Shown here in pieces: positions 1 to 12,206 of a stretch of 64,000 nt of DNA (its first letter is position 1; each line of letters opens with the position of its first letter). Source of the DNA: Phoronis australis (lineage: Eukaryota > Animalia > Phoronida); contig NMRA01000007.1 in the NCBI GenBank assembly GCA_002633005.1, positions 305,461 through 369,460 on the forward strand, in the 5' to 3' direction. The notes beneath the pieces are model-generated. The model had not been told where the DNA came from, did not search any database, and worked only from the letters and a program-made list of their open reading frames with translations. The position numbers and the translations under genes are program-made.

Positions 1-3000
1 GATACTCATTCACTAGGTGGAGCTCCGGCTTATATCCGCTTGACGCTAATTTGGTTCCCAAGCAGAGCTGTAATTAGCACAGGTGAAGGTAAAGATCTAG
101 GTGCACTCACGAAATTTCGTTTACAGCCAAGCATCTTTTTCCAGAATGATGCTTTTTTGTAGAATTGTCGGTAAAACAATCACATTTGAGCTGAATAGTT
201 GCTAGTTGTAGACGTCTGGTGAATCATGTGACTGAAGAGAAACTGAAAGGTGATGAACCTTCTAATCTCTTAGCTTAGTTCGACCTTAGCCAGACAACTA
301 TCTGTATGAAGACTATCGTCAAAATACAGCACTGTGTGCTCTGTTAGGCACTGAAATTTTACACAGCCCAGGTAGCTCTGCTCGTCACCTTGTGAAAGTT
401 ATATCAACATGCAGATCTAGGACCAGCGCCAGCTGGGTTGCATGCAAAATCTGGGAGTCGACCGACAGTCACCTTGCCCGTTGCTGCTGTTTAATATATG
501 TCATTTTTTGCATAATTCACTCCCGTTTGTAGCAAAGAAAAGTTTGTCGTCGTTTTGAAAATAGTATGTTGTGACACACACACACGAGCCATTTCCTCAG
601 TTACGACGTCTCTCGGGAGATGATGACAGTATTGCCGCAGCAAGATTTGTTCTGAAATTCAGTTTGCTGGTATTGATATGCCAAAAACTTGTAACGAAAT
701 GAAACCAATTCTGATAATTTGTTGTGACATGTACTGATGTACGCAACAGAAAAACAGTTACATGAAGAATCGGGGAGAAAAAGAAACTGGCCAATAGGTG
801 ATGCAATATATAAGTGTGCTGACCCAAAAGATGGCACCACAATTTTAGCAGCAGAATAACAGTAGAGCACCAACTTTTCCAACGTGAGTAAATAATTTAG
901 TTTAGTCAAGGAAGAGTGTAGTTTTTAATGACACTAATTTTGTGTCATTTTTTATTTGGTCATTTTTTTAACCCACATCAGCACAAAGCTGTATATTTAG
1001 TATACAGCTTAGCATCAAAGCCAAGACTGGGCAGAAAGAATATTTCTGAAAAAAATATCCTTCCAGAGTATTTTTCATGGAATAGGGATGAAATCATATC
1101 CCCAAAAACTTTGTGGAAAGGGGTGAAATTTTGACTCCCTTATTCAGGCATGGTAACGGAGCTTAAACTCCACATGCCCCTGAGGCAGTGGACATTTCCC
1201 CTTAGGAAGTGGACATTTACCCTTAGGCAGTGAAATTTACAGGTATGCAGCCGCCTTTTCGGTGACTCTGGAAAAACATGAGTGAAATGAAATGTAACAA
1301 AACTCAAGAAGTAACCTTTCTAGACAATGCCGACTCACTGTCATATAGGTGATTGTACTCCATGGTCATCTTTATATAGGTGTTCTAGAAAGCCCCATAG
1401 GATTAAGAGCTTATCACCTTGTCAGAATTACAGCATAAACTTAAAAATAACACTATAAAAACCCTTATTTAAGTTCTCTTCCTGATTCTGTGAATACATG
1501 ATGTCTTCAGCGCCACAAATTTTGTATATACTTTATGCTTCTTGTGTTTAAATGTGTAATATTTAATATTGGTGTGACTTTTATCTGTGCAGACAGTCAT
1601 AGTAAAGCGATATACTGTACATGCATTGATATTGGACAATATCTTGCCAGTTATTTTTGGTTTCAGCATGGCAACTCATAATGCTGAAGAAAACCTTTGC
1701 TGGCATCAATGTTAATGATAGTTTTGACCTAAAATAGTACACACCAGGGCTGTCATGAATTTGCAACCTGACAGATATGTGGAATTGTGGGTAATTGTCA
1801 TATAATATAGAGTGGTGGCATGTTAATTCAGTATGGGTCTATTACCTATGTCTATGTTCTGTCATGCTGCACCTAAATTTGGTTTGCCATTTGTTTTGCA
1901 ATCATAAAATTCAACTTTGAATTCCACAGACTTGAGCGCCATCCACTTTTCCTTTTCTGTGAAATCTTCAGTACTTCAGCTTTCACAAGGTTATATGCAG
2001 TTCACAACAAATCACCTCTTTCAGTTTCACTTTGCTTTAACTTTTGAGGCGTTTATGAACATTATTTCTCGTCACTTTGCTTCACTAAATTGGTCACCGA
2101 AAGTTCAAGCAATGTGCTTTTGCTTTAAATTGACATTTTTTTCTTTTTTTGTTTCAAAGTTGTGAGTGCAATGAAAGTAAGTGATTTTTACCGTATGTCC
2201 CTGCGTTTCTTTTAAATGGCGAATTGATGAATTACATATTGCATAAATATGTGAATTACTAAAATTAAAAGCCCAACTTCAGTCTTCCATAGCCTTTATC
2301 ACCCCTAAATTCGAGTGCAAACTGTTTGAAAAATGTGGTAAAAAGGGCTGTGGATGGGCAGAAGCTGGGTAACTTTGATCAAGAACAGACCTTGAATGCA
2401 ATTTTATCCTTGGGATTATTTCTTTGATTGTAGCAAGTGTCACCAATGTTTTATGTGGTTCCCATTAAGTTTTAGTCCATTGTGTCAAAGATCTTGCGAC
2501 TGTAGTGAGAAGTATGACCCCAAGAATAGAATTCTGTTTGCTCCTTCAGCAAACTCCTTTAAACAATGTGTTTAAAAACACAAGTGGTTTAAAAGCTCTA
2601 GAGGCTCTGCTCTTTCCATCAATAGCATTGGAAATGTGCTTGTCCCTCAGTTAAAATTGAATTTCTTGTTTGCGGTCACCCACATCATCGTATGTCACAT
2701 CTAGTAGTGGTGTTGCTGAATCATCAGAGTCATGTATATCCCTGGTTGATGAATTGACATTCAATGTGCTGTTGACATGTGGTCAGAAATCCATGGAAAC
2801 AAATTATGCTAAACCTAAATGCATGATTAATTGTAGATTGTATTGGTGAGGGTACTAGCAGAAATGCGAAAATAAAATTTGACTATAATTTGGTGTGGTA
2901 AGAACTTTAAAAATCCTTGACTTGAGTGATTGTGTTAGAATTGCCATTATTTCATTGTTCTGTGTTTTGGAGTAATGGTTTGCATTCACTTTGAGTCCCA

Positions 3001-3691
3001 TGAAATGAAACATATGCCAACTTTTTGGTTTTGTTCCTTTGGTCACATCTTTGAAAACCAACACTTGCTCACTCACTGATATCAGATCGGTTGAGCTGTT
3101 TTGTGCATTCTTGCTTATTTGTTTGCCTTTATATTGATGCTCCGTAAAAACCACGCTCATTCAATGCAGTTCTTTGTTTTCCGTACAACAGAATACTGTG
3201 CATTATAACATATAAGTAATTATGCAGTAATGTACAATGGGTCAAGGCCTTTCACATTGGCAACAGGACGTCATGATAGCCTGAATTGGAATTTTTGTTT
3301 ATCTCTGCTGTAGCGCCCTCTGTCTTAAAATCGAACGCTGCCAAACTACAGCCTAACGGAGCTGTCCTGTATGATGCTGATTTCCGTTTTTTAGGATTTT
3401 TGGTATTGTTCGATTTTTGGTATTTTTTCGTGATTGTGATAGGTAGCTTCATTTAATGAAGATTTAAGGGTGGTTATGTATTGTAGCATTCATTACCATT
3501 GGGGCTTTCTGGGAGTGATGACACGAACAGGTGTGGTCCTCTAAATTGACGCCATTATGTCATAATAACCTTGTAGGAGAGTAAAGTTTTGTCGGTGGGA
3601 GCCTAATTATATTTAATGATACCGTTTGTTTGGCAGGTGACGACTTCTTTGGAGGGATTGACTGTGAGCTTACCGTTGTGTTTAAAAGCAG

Positions 3692-6600
3692 ATGCTTGGT
3701 CCTTGTCGTTCAGTTGTGCAGTGTGTGATCAGCACTAGTCGTCGTACGTTCCTCACAAGCTCAGTCATGGGAGTCAAGGTATGTGACACATCCTTAGGGT
3801 TATGTTGGACCATAGAAATTTGGCTTCCTTTGGAATGTCTTATCTCAAAAGTGGCTGTTCAGTGGCTGTTCAGTTTCATGCGAAATTTCTGATACGTGCT
3901 TTATGCACTGTTTTCCAAAACTGTTAGAAATTGTTTTTGAATGTTCCACTTTTGTATGACAGGCTATCAAAAATAGGACTTTACAGCTACCCATTGTTAC
4001 CAATGTGTTTAGGAAGTATTATGTGGAACACAAAATCCCCACCTAGTGGTATAGTGTTTGCGATGCACTGATGCAGGCTCAACTCTATGAATGTTTTGAC
4101 TTGCATTGCAGTAAATACCTTTGCTTAAACTTCCCTAATATTTAACTTATTCACCTTCAAGGCATTACTACTAGACCAGCAAAGAAAGTTCTACAATGCT
4201 GACATTAGAGTATTTACTTAAGAGATAACAGTGTTTACCTTAGTCATTACACAAAAAAATTTCAAAGAGAGGCGCACTTTCTTTTCATGAGCTTATCAGC
4301 AGTTTTGCAAACACCAAAGTTTAAAATACGCTGTAGTACGCTAACCCTGTTTGCACAATCTGATTGTTGTAAATGTCTACACACAATGATCAACTCATAT
4401 CAGGCTGATACTACTGCATTGCTGCGTGAGTGCTGTCATGATTTCCCTCAGTGCATAGTATACAGCCTTTGATCCATTCACAGCAGAACAATTAGTTATG
4501 TGTCAACAATAACAGGCAGTGTTGTCAGCAGTCTCTTGAGCTGTTCAATTTGTTGTAGGAAAATTGGATGTGTTTTGTGTTTAAACGACAAATCATATAT
4601 ATCGGATCATGAAAAATTGTGTCAGCGTCTGCCCACATGGTACGATTTGTGGTACATAGCAATCGGAACATGTAGACAGCTCTCGTCTAAGGTCAATGCT
4701 GTGTTGTTTGCAGTGATTTCTGAAAATCATTATTTGAAGGAACTGTCTTATATATTAATTTTGTTTCATGCAGAAAGTTGGAAGTCTTAATGAGTAATTC
4801 CTTAAAAACTTTTTCATTTTTGAAATTAATGTTGAGCAAGCCCTAAGGTTAAGCAAAGTATGGTAAAGTCCCGGCAGTTTAGGACGCAAGAAGGCAGACA
4901 AGTGGAATTTTCTTAATTTTTCCATTAAGTTCCACAAAATAAAAGCTTTATCAGTCTTGAGTTTGATAACATAGCTACCATCAGCCAGTGTTTTGAGAAA
5001 GTGTGGTCATTCGCAATGTTAAAAGTTGATTTTAGGTATTATTCCTGTTCAAAATTGGTTAGATTTTACTGTATATTTAGTAACCGTTCACGATATCCAG
5101 TTGTCTGGGTTTTATAAACTTGTTTAGCTTGTTCTCGACAGATACCACCATTCATAATTATTCGATCATTCATCCATTTTTATCCAGTATGTGCTGAGCT
5201 GTTACCCTTGTTGCAGGTTGGCGATCGGTTGCCTGATGGTACGCTGCTTGAAGGTACGCCCAATAACACAGTGCAGGTGAAAGATCTGTGTGCAGGTAAA
5301 AAGGTGGTGCTGTTTGCTGTACCCGGTGCCTTTACCCCTGGCTGTTCCAAGGTATAGTACTTGTTCGAATAGATTTTGAAAAACTTCATGTTGCCTTTTT
5401 TTTCAATTTTTGTCAGCTAATGAAATTTGAAAACAACTGTTGTACTTCTCAATATCAGTTAGATTTTGACTTTAGGAAGATGGAAAATTGAGTTGTTAAT
5501 GTGTAAAACATTAAAGTAACATTTTTGGTCAGTTGCTTGGGAGAAGTGCACTGTCTTGTAGTATAGCAGTTTACTTCATTAATTTGTTAGGTTAGCCCTA
5601 TATGAACTACGGAAATCTACTCATTACTACACAGTCTGTCAAAGTTCATCTTTTAGAAGTATAAACTCTAACTTGTTATTGTCAATTTTTCGTCATCAAG
5701 ACTGTTTAGTCATGTCTCAACCACAACATCTCCTGAACTTGATTGAAAATTTTAAATTGACGTACTACACATCTTCCAAGTTTCCAGTGACTAATGTCTT
5801 GTACATGTTATTAGGTTTCATGCATGCTATATTCTACCAGCACATGGGTGACATTTTGTGACTCTGTATTAAGTTATAGACTGTTTACAGCCAACAGTTC
5901 TCTACTTCAGACTCATCTACCTGGTTTCGTTCAGCAAGCGGAAGCCCTGAAGTCTAAAGGCGTAGATGAAATCGTCTGTGTGTCGGTGAATGATCCATTT
6001 GTTATGGCTGCTTGGGGTGAAAATCAGAAGGCAGAAGGGAAGGTAAGGAGTTAGGGTAGAGATTTGCTCAGTAACTGTACTTCAGTGATGGATGGTTGAG
6101 ATGTCCTGGTTTTTATGTTAAATTTACATGTTTTAACATTTTTTTTTCAAATGTACCAGACAATCTTACACAAAAACTTCTAAACGTGTGTTAGAACCAC
6201 ACTGAATCGTACACTTGAACCTTTGAATCACACACATACAAACAACCACAACTTCGTTAATACATGTTTGTTTTCATTTTATTTTATTTCCTGGTCATAT
6301 TGTTATGGTATTCATCTGTATGCATCTTGCATGATTCACTAACCGGTACTAATCTTAATGTTATTTGATTTTGTAGTTTCCCCCCAATAATACATTATAA
6401 GTGATTATTTGAGTGCACTGTCATTCTTGGTCCTGCTACATATGAGGAATGGGATTATTGGGGACGTAATTTTTTATTTACTGTTTACAGTTTTGTTCAG
6501 TCTTTCTACGTTAACTCTATTACTGCAAGTTGTGATGTCATCTTACTTAGCTATCATTGTCTGTGTTCACCTGAGGCTGTGATTTTGCGTCATTTGACCC

Positions 6601-7862
6601 AATTAAACCAAAGAAGACGCATGTAGAATTGATGCGTTTGTCAACTTGGATGTAATTTTGATTAAGAAATAAAGGTAAACAAACTATCATTTCTTGATAA
6701 TCTTTGTTTTCTATTGATAAAGGAACCACAAGGTTTGAATCTTCCGACATTAACATTTTGCTTACTTCCAAGCGAGTGTAATTAACGATTTCAGGACTGC
6801 AAGAAATTGAAAGGGACCCCAATTATTTTGGAAGATGGGTCCATTGGACTCCAGTATTTGGAAGTGTGGGGCAATAACCAAATAGCTTATATCTGCAATG
6901 ATATAGTTCCCATAGTGGGAATACCTCCATTTGTATGATCGTTTAGGTACTACGTGTTATGATTCATTGTAAGTGGGAATCCCCGTTTGTAGGATCGTTT
7001 AGGTACGTGTAATGATTCATTCCAGGTTCGTATGCTGGCTGATATTAGCGCAGAGTTCACCAAAGCTCTGGAGCTGGAACTGGACGCAACACCATTCTTG
7101 GGAAATATCAGATCCAAAAGGTTTTGTTCATTTTTTTCCATAAACTTTGAATTTTGTAACTTTTGGCAAATGATCATTGAGTGTTGTTTTTCAACAAGTG
7201 TTTTTGATTTGCAAAGTGAATCTTTGCATTTTTACTGAAATTGTGTTTTCCTAAATAAATGTTCTTCTTCCACTGAGTTAGAAAATCATAAATCTGGTCA
7301 GCCCATCCAAAATTTGACCACTTCTGTTTCATTGTGGCTCAACTCTCAATTTCAACTGAATGTTGAAACTGACGTTATCGTGTTTTGAATTCGTTTTCTG
7401 TCACTAAAAAACCTACAGGTGATTTATACCACTTTGTGTTACAAAATTGGTATTGGCTTGTTCCCGATGGAGATTAGAGGCAATTTCTGGCTTGAGATCT
7501 GAATGTTCATTTATATGCAGACAACCAGCCCAGTAAAGCTACCTTTCTGATCCTGGTTTGGAGCAACTATCAATTTTACTAAAGCCCAATAACCACTTCT
7601 GATCTGACATAAGTTTTTTCGTGGAAAGTGGTCAGATTCAACTGTTGATTGTTTAACACATGGCAGGTTTATTACACCAAGATAATGGGGTTAATTAGCA
7701 CGTCACACAATTAATCACTATGTGCAAAGACTTGCATCTAAGTAAAAATTATTTGTTTTCAGATACTCCATGGTGGTGGAGGATGGTATTGTCAAGTCCC
7801 TCAACGTGGAGCCCGATGGCACTGGTCTGACTGTCAGCTTATGCGACAACATTTCAGTCTGA
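3692..7862 (+). CDS. PRDX5: Peroxiredoxin-5 (atypical 2-Cys Prx), 5 coding exons, 182 aa, with N-terminal mitochondrial-type presequence
   Basis: Exons 3692-3778, 5217-5351, 5911-6042, 7026-7120, 7763-7862, all GT-AG, total 549 nt. Translation contains [22 protein letters not shown] (peroxidatic Cys motif), [15 protein letters not shown] and [23 protein letters not shown], all typical of PRDX5. Second in-frame ATG at 3767 (MGVKVGD). Confidence 0.95.
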
Positions 7863-8186
7863 ATTTCGGAATACGTCGGGATTCAGTGCACGTTGTAGAT
7901 CATGTAAAAGGCAAACATTCTCTCAAGTTTAGCCCTCATAAAAAACAAAATGGCGCATTAGTAAGAACAGTGAGTTGTCACTGTTGCGCTATTTAGATTC
8001 TCCGAACAAACGCACAAGCCATTCAACAGTAGAACTCGTGGGTGATTGGTAACTGTATGAATTTTCACTAGTTGTGCTTTGAGTGTATCTGTTTGCTAAT
8101 AGAGTAGAATCTTTTCATCTCGAGAAAGTATTGTATTTCAATATTAGTGCATTACATGTGTTACACAGTGCTTGGATGGAATGAAA

Positions 8187-8230
8187 AATAAATCGGTGTG
8201 TCTTTAAGAGCAATCTAGTTTAAATTTATT
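8187..8230. terminator. Convergent polyadenylation signals (PRDX5 on +, probably PRKAB on -)
   Basis: AATAAA at 8187-8192 on + and TTTATT at 8225-8230 (AATAAA on -). Confidence 0.5.
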
Positions 8231-11200
8231 TAGAGATACATTAATCACTGTAATTTAACATCTTAATTATTTACAAGTCAAAAAACCATAGAGCACTGCA
8301 GAAAAGTGTGCTGTTAAAATTATTGCTTTTCAATTCCAACCAAACAGAATCAAGTTTCCAAGTCAACTTTAAGTGTTACTTGATCACAAGATGAGCTAGC
8401 ACAACACTGGCCCTCCAAGTCCCCACGTGCTATAACAGAGAATGGATTCGTGCTCAATGAAAAATCACAGTCTGTCACAGGGGTATCTCAATTGCCACAG
8501 CTTTTTTGGTAATTTAGCATATAGAAATAACATCAGCTTTGCTTTTGTGAGTGACCTCCAGTGCTTGCCACACATTCCCACCAGGACTCATAGTTGTAGA
8601 ATCAAAAATTGAATACTCATTATTATCTCCAGTTGATAAGACAAACGTAACCTACCGGTTTTGTGTCAATGCTTCCAAGCAGAGCAACTGAGACGCACAA
8701 GTACAAACAAAATCTGCCATAAGTTACCAGAACAAAAACATGTAAACTGACCCACAACATTCCTAACTTCATTTTTTTCTCATAACTAGATACTTCTGTC
8801 AATATGACATTAATCAACACAACATAGCATAAATCAACTTAAAATGACGAGGGGCAGGAAATTGAAAACAAAAAGGACGCAAGAGTGCAGCACGAACAAT
8901 GATTACATATTAGGCAAAAGCCCCCTTTCATTGTGACAAGTTTAATGTTGGCATCACCACGAGAGCTTTGTATCATGGACTGACTAAATGCAGAAAGCGT
9001 AAACAGTGCCTTGTGTATTCGTTTTATCAACACTGCTCAGACAATAGGGTTTCCTCGAGGTAAAATTTCTTGATCATGAAAATTAGTATGTCAGACTCTC
9101 AACAGGTGAGGCTACTCACATATAAGCCCTCCATGCTGAGAGGTCACTCGATAAGAACAGAGCATACCGGCTGGAGTTATGGTAGATAGTTGTTAGTTGG
9201 CAGATTCTGTGTCCTGCACTGTGATGTGAAGTGAGCAATCCAATCAGTTATGGTATCTTGTTCTATTCTGTTTGACAATTTACCCCATTATATTTGCCTA
9301 ATATCAAAACGGTCATGCGGCACTTCAGTGTCATTTTTGTTTTCAACTTCCTGCTTCTTATTTGGCCAAAACGTAATATTACTAAACATGACTAACTTGG
9401 TATGAAGACATCCCCATGACAGTATGTACAAGTCTTGTTTATGGCTGGAGTCAAGTGGCGGGGGACCAGACCCACTGCCAAAACTCTAAATAGTTTCCAT
9501 TCACATTGCGTTGACTTCTCATTTCCCAAGAATTCCCCAGGATATAATTTTCATTTTCCATTAAGGCATTTTCCTAAAAGTATAGTACTTCGACAAAGAA
9601 CTGTTACACAATTGTACACATTGCAAAATGAGGCTAACAGAATTGTTCATGAGTTACTATCTTTTCGTTTTCAATGAGTTTTTCATGGATGGATCCAAAA
9701 ATAATTTTGGGTTTCCTATGGTGGATTAGAAGTGTTTACAACAGTATGTCACACATACGTTCACGACAATGTTACAATAGCCACTTATTCCATCGTCCAA
9801 CTGTAAACTAAGCTTTTACAGTCGCAACAAAACAGTCTACACAGTCACACAGTATTTTTCAGAGTCTACATCTCTTTGCATTAATGTTGCACCACTTTTC
9901 AAGATAATTGATGTAACACCTACATTTATACACAAACTTGAACTGGTCTCACTGACAACAACGGTATTACTTGAAGAAGTCACCGAGTTTCTTCATTTTA
10001 AAAATATGGCAAAGCATGCTTAAATTAGCAATAAACTAGTCTCCAATCAATTATGGAAAAACCTTGCCAAATTCAGACATAAAATAGTAACAATTGCTCC
10101 TTTTTATTTCCAAGGTCTCGTAACATTGCAAATGTCCACAATGTTTTAAGTGTTTTCCGAGATGATAGTGCAGAACTAAAACGAGGTGCTACAGATCTTA
10201 AACAAAATGAAATGAGAACATAAATTTCACTTGCCCACAATATTGTATCCTGAATTGGTGAGGTTTTATATTTGATTAAGACCACTTCTTGCTACAAACT
10301 GATTTCAACAGCTCCACAAAGTTTGTTACCACTGCAGACCATGCACGGCCCAAAAAATTGACGCTTCAATTTCTTGTGCCTGTCTTGTCAATTGTGCCTT
10401 TCACGTCTTGCAATCCCAGAAATCCTTACTAGACCAAGGGCCAAGGTGAAACCAGTTTTATAACAGTTTGCCGTCTAACTCATAAATCTTGACAAAAGGC
10501 AGGTTTAAAGCAGTTTTTAACTAAATCTGCATCCATTTCTAATGGGCCCTCACATACAATCTAAACACAAGAGTTCATTCAGTGAAAATAACCCCTGAAC
10601 TGACCGTGTGATTGGTGATAACATCTGTGAAAACTACATATTGGATGTAAAACGAGGAATTATGCCTGGGCAGCGTTCCGTAGACCCAATACATTGGCTA
10701 TGCACTTATAGCCAGAAATCTGCTTATGGAATGGAAACGGCAAATTCCATCCCACAGTTTATGAATTCAATCCCATAATGCAACATTTCAACAGACAATC
10801 ACTTCAGTGGAACCTATTTCATTGTGTCACGCAAGTAATGTTTTCCACTCACATGATTTTGTATTGCTTTGGGTTATCTCACTCTTCTTGCAAAAAAGTC
10901 AGTCAATCGAACGCTACTCAGACATGGATAACCACTACAAATGGAAGGTATAGTTTATTAAAAAGAGGGCTTTGAAAAGTTTTGGGAAACGAAACTGAAG
11001 AAAACCTACAACACACAAACTTCTTATTTCTGAGGGTAACACACCATGAACTGATCTGGTAGATAAGGCTGAAGCAGTAAATAAACAAAGTTGCCAGATT
11101 CAAAACCGAACAACTATTTATCACAGAAGTGAACATATTAAAGAGGCTATAATCGCACTTTCAGTCATCAAAACTAAATTTTGATTTAGATGGCTTGAAA

Positions 11201-12206
11201 TTGGTCTTGAAACTGCTTAGTAAAGTTAGAGACGATTTCTGGCTGTGAAAATAGCTGACCTTTTGTTATTGCTCGAGACCAGACTGTACAAAATGGCTTG
11301 TGACGTTGGGTCATTATATTCCAAGCCTGGTCTCAAATAATAAAGTTCAAGTTTTTTCCAAACCAAGAAACCACTTCTCATCCGAGGCGGAACAATTTGA
11401 TATCGATAACGTAACTGTAAGCGATCTAGAAAAAAAATTAGATTCTTTAAGCAGAATGCAGTTTATAGCCACTTTGTGTTACTGTTACTTAAACAGCTAA
11501 AGACAAAGTACCCAGTTCCAAGGTCACATAAAAAGTTATTTCTAACATAACTGTCCAGCTAAGTCAATTATGACTTAGATTTTTGGTCTTGAAACATGCA
11601 ACACACATATTAGTTGTCTGAATAGACTTGGTACTTGCTTTGGTTTTCTGAGCAAAAATTAACCAAAACCGTAAGTCTACCAGGGATTGGAATGACCAAT
11701 GACAAAAAAGAGGAAAACTTTCCAGGTGATGTATCGTACCACAAATAAATAGCTTTGTGTGAAAGAAATATTTTTTATATTGTAAAATTTAACTGAAATG
11801 AATGTAGTCAAAATAATGATAAAAGAGACAAAAAAGAGAAACTGGAAATCAAATAAGAGGAAATTGAAACAAAACCAAAAAAGAGGAAATTGAAACCAAA
11901 AAAAGGAAATTCTCTTAAAAGAGGAAAATTCCAAGCCCTGGTCTACAAACAAACTGTTTACAAACTGTCACCAGACGAAATTTTGGCAGATTAATAAATT
12001 GGACGTGACACTGGCACTACATGTGCAACTGACTAATTTAAAACAAAATGAGCAAACATGTTCTAACCCTCTGATAAATAGTTAAACACTTTTCTAGGAA
12101 TATATTAACTGTGCGAGCGACACGGTTTGATGGCATGTCAAGGGATAATATCTGTCCAGACCACTAGCAGTAGTTCTCGTTTCACATCTAACGTTAACAA
12201 CCTCCA

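Noticed and set aside
3252-3452. TRMT112 head-to-head with PRDX5 as in mammals (ORF begins MKL)
   Set aside because: No similarity beyond three residues and no further exons were found.
7860-7898. PRDX5 TGA readthrough or selenocysteine extension (ISEYVGIQCTL*) giving a cryptic PTS1
   Set aside because: The stop context is TGA-A, not the leaky TGA-CTA; CTL is not a good PTS1; no SECIS was recognised.
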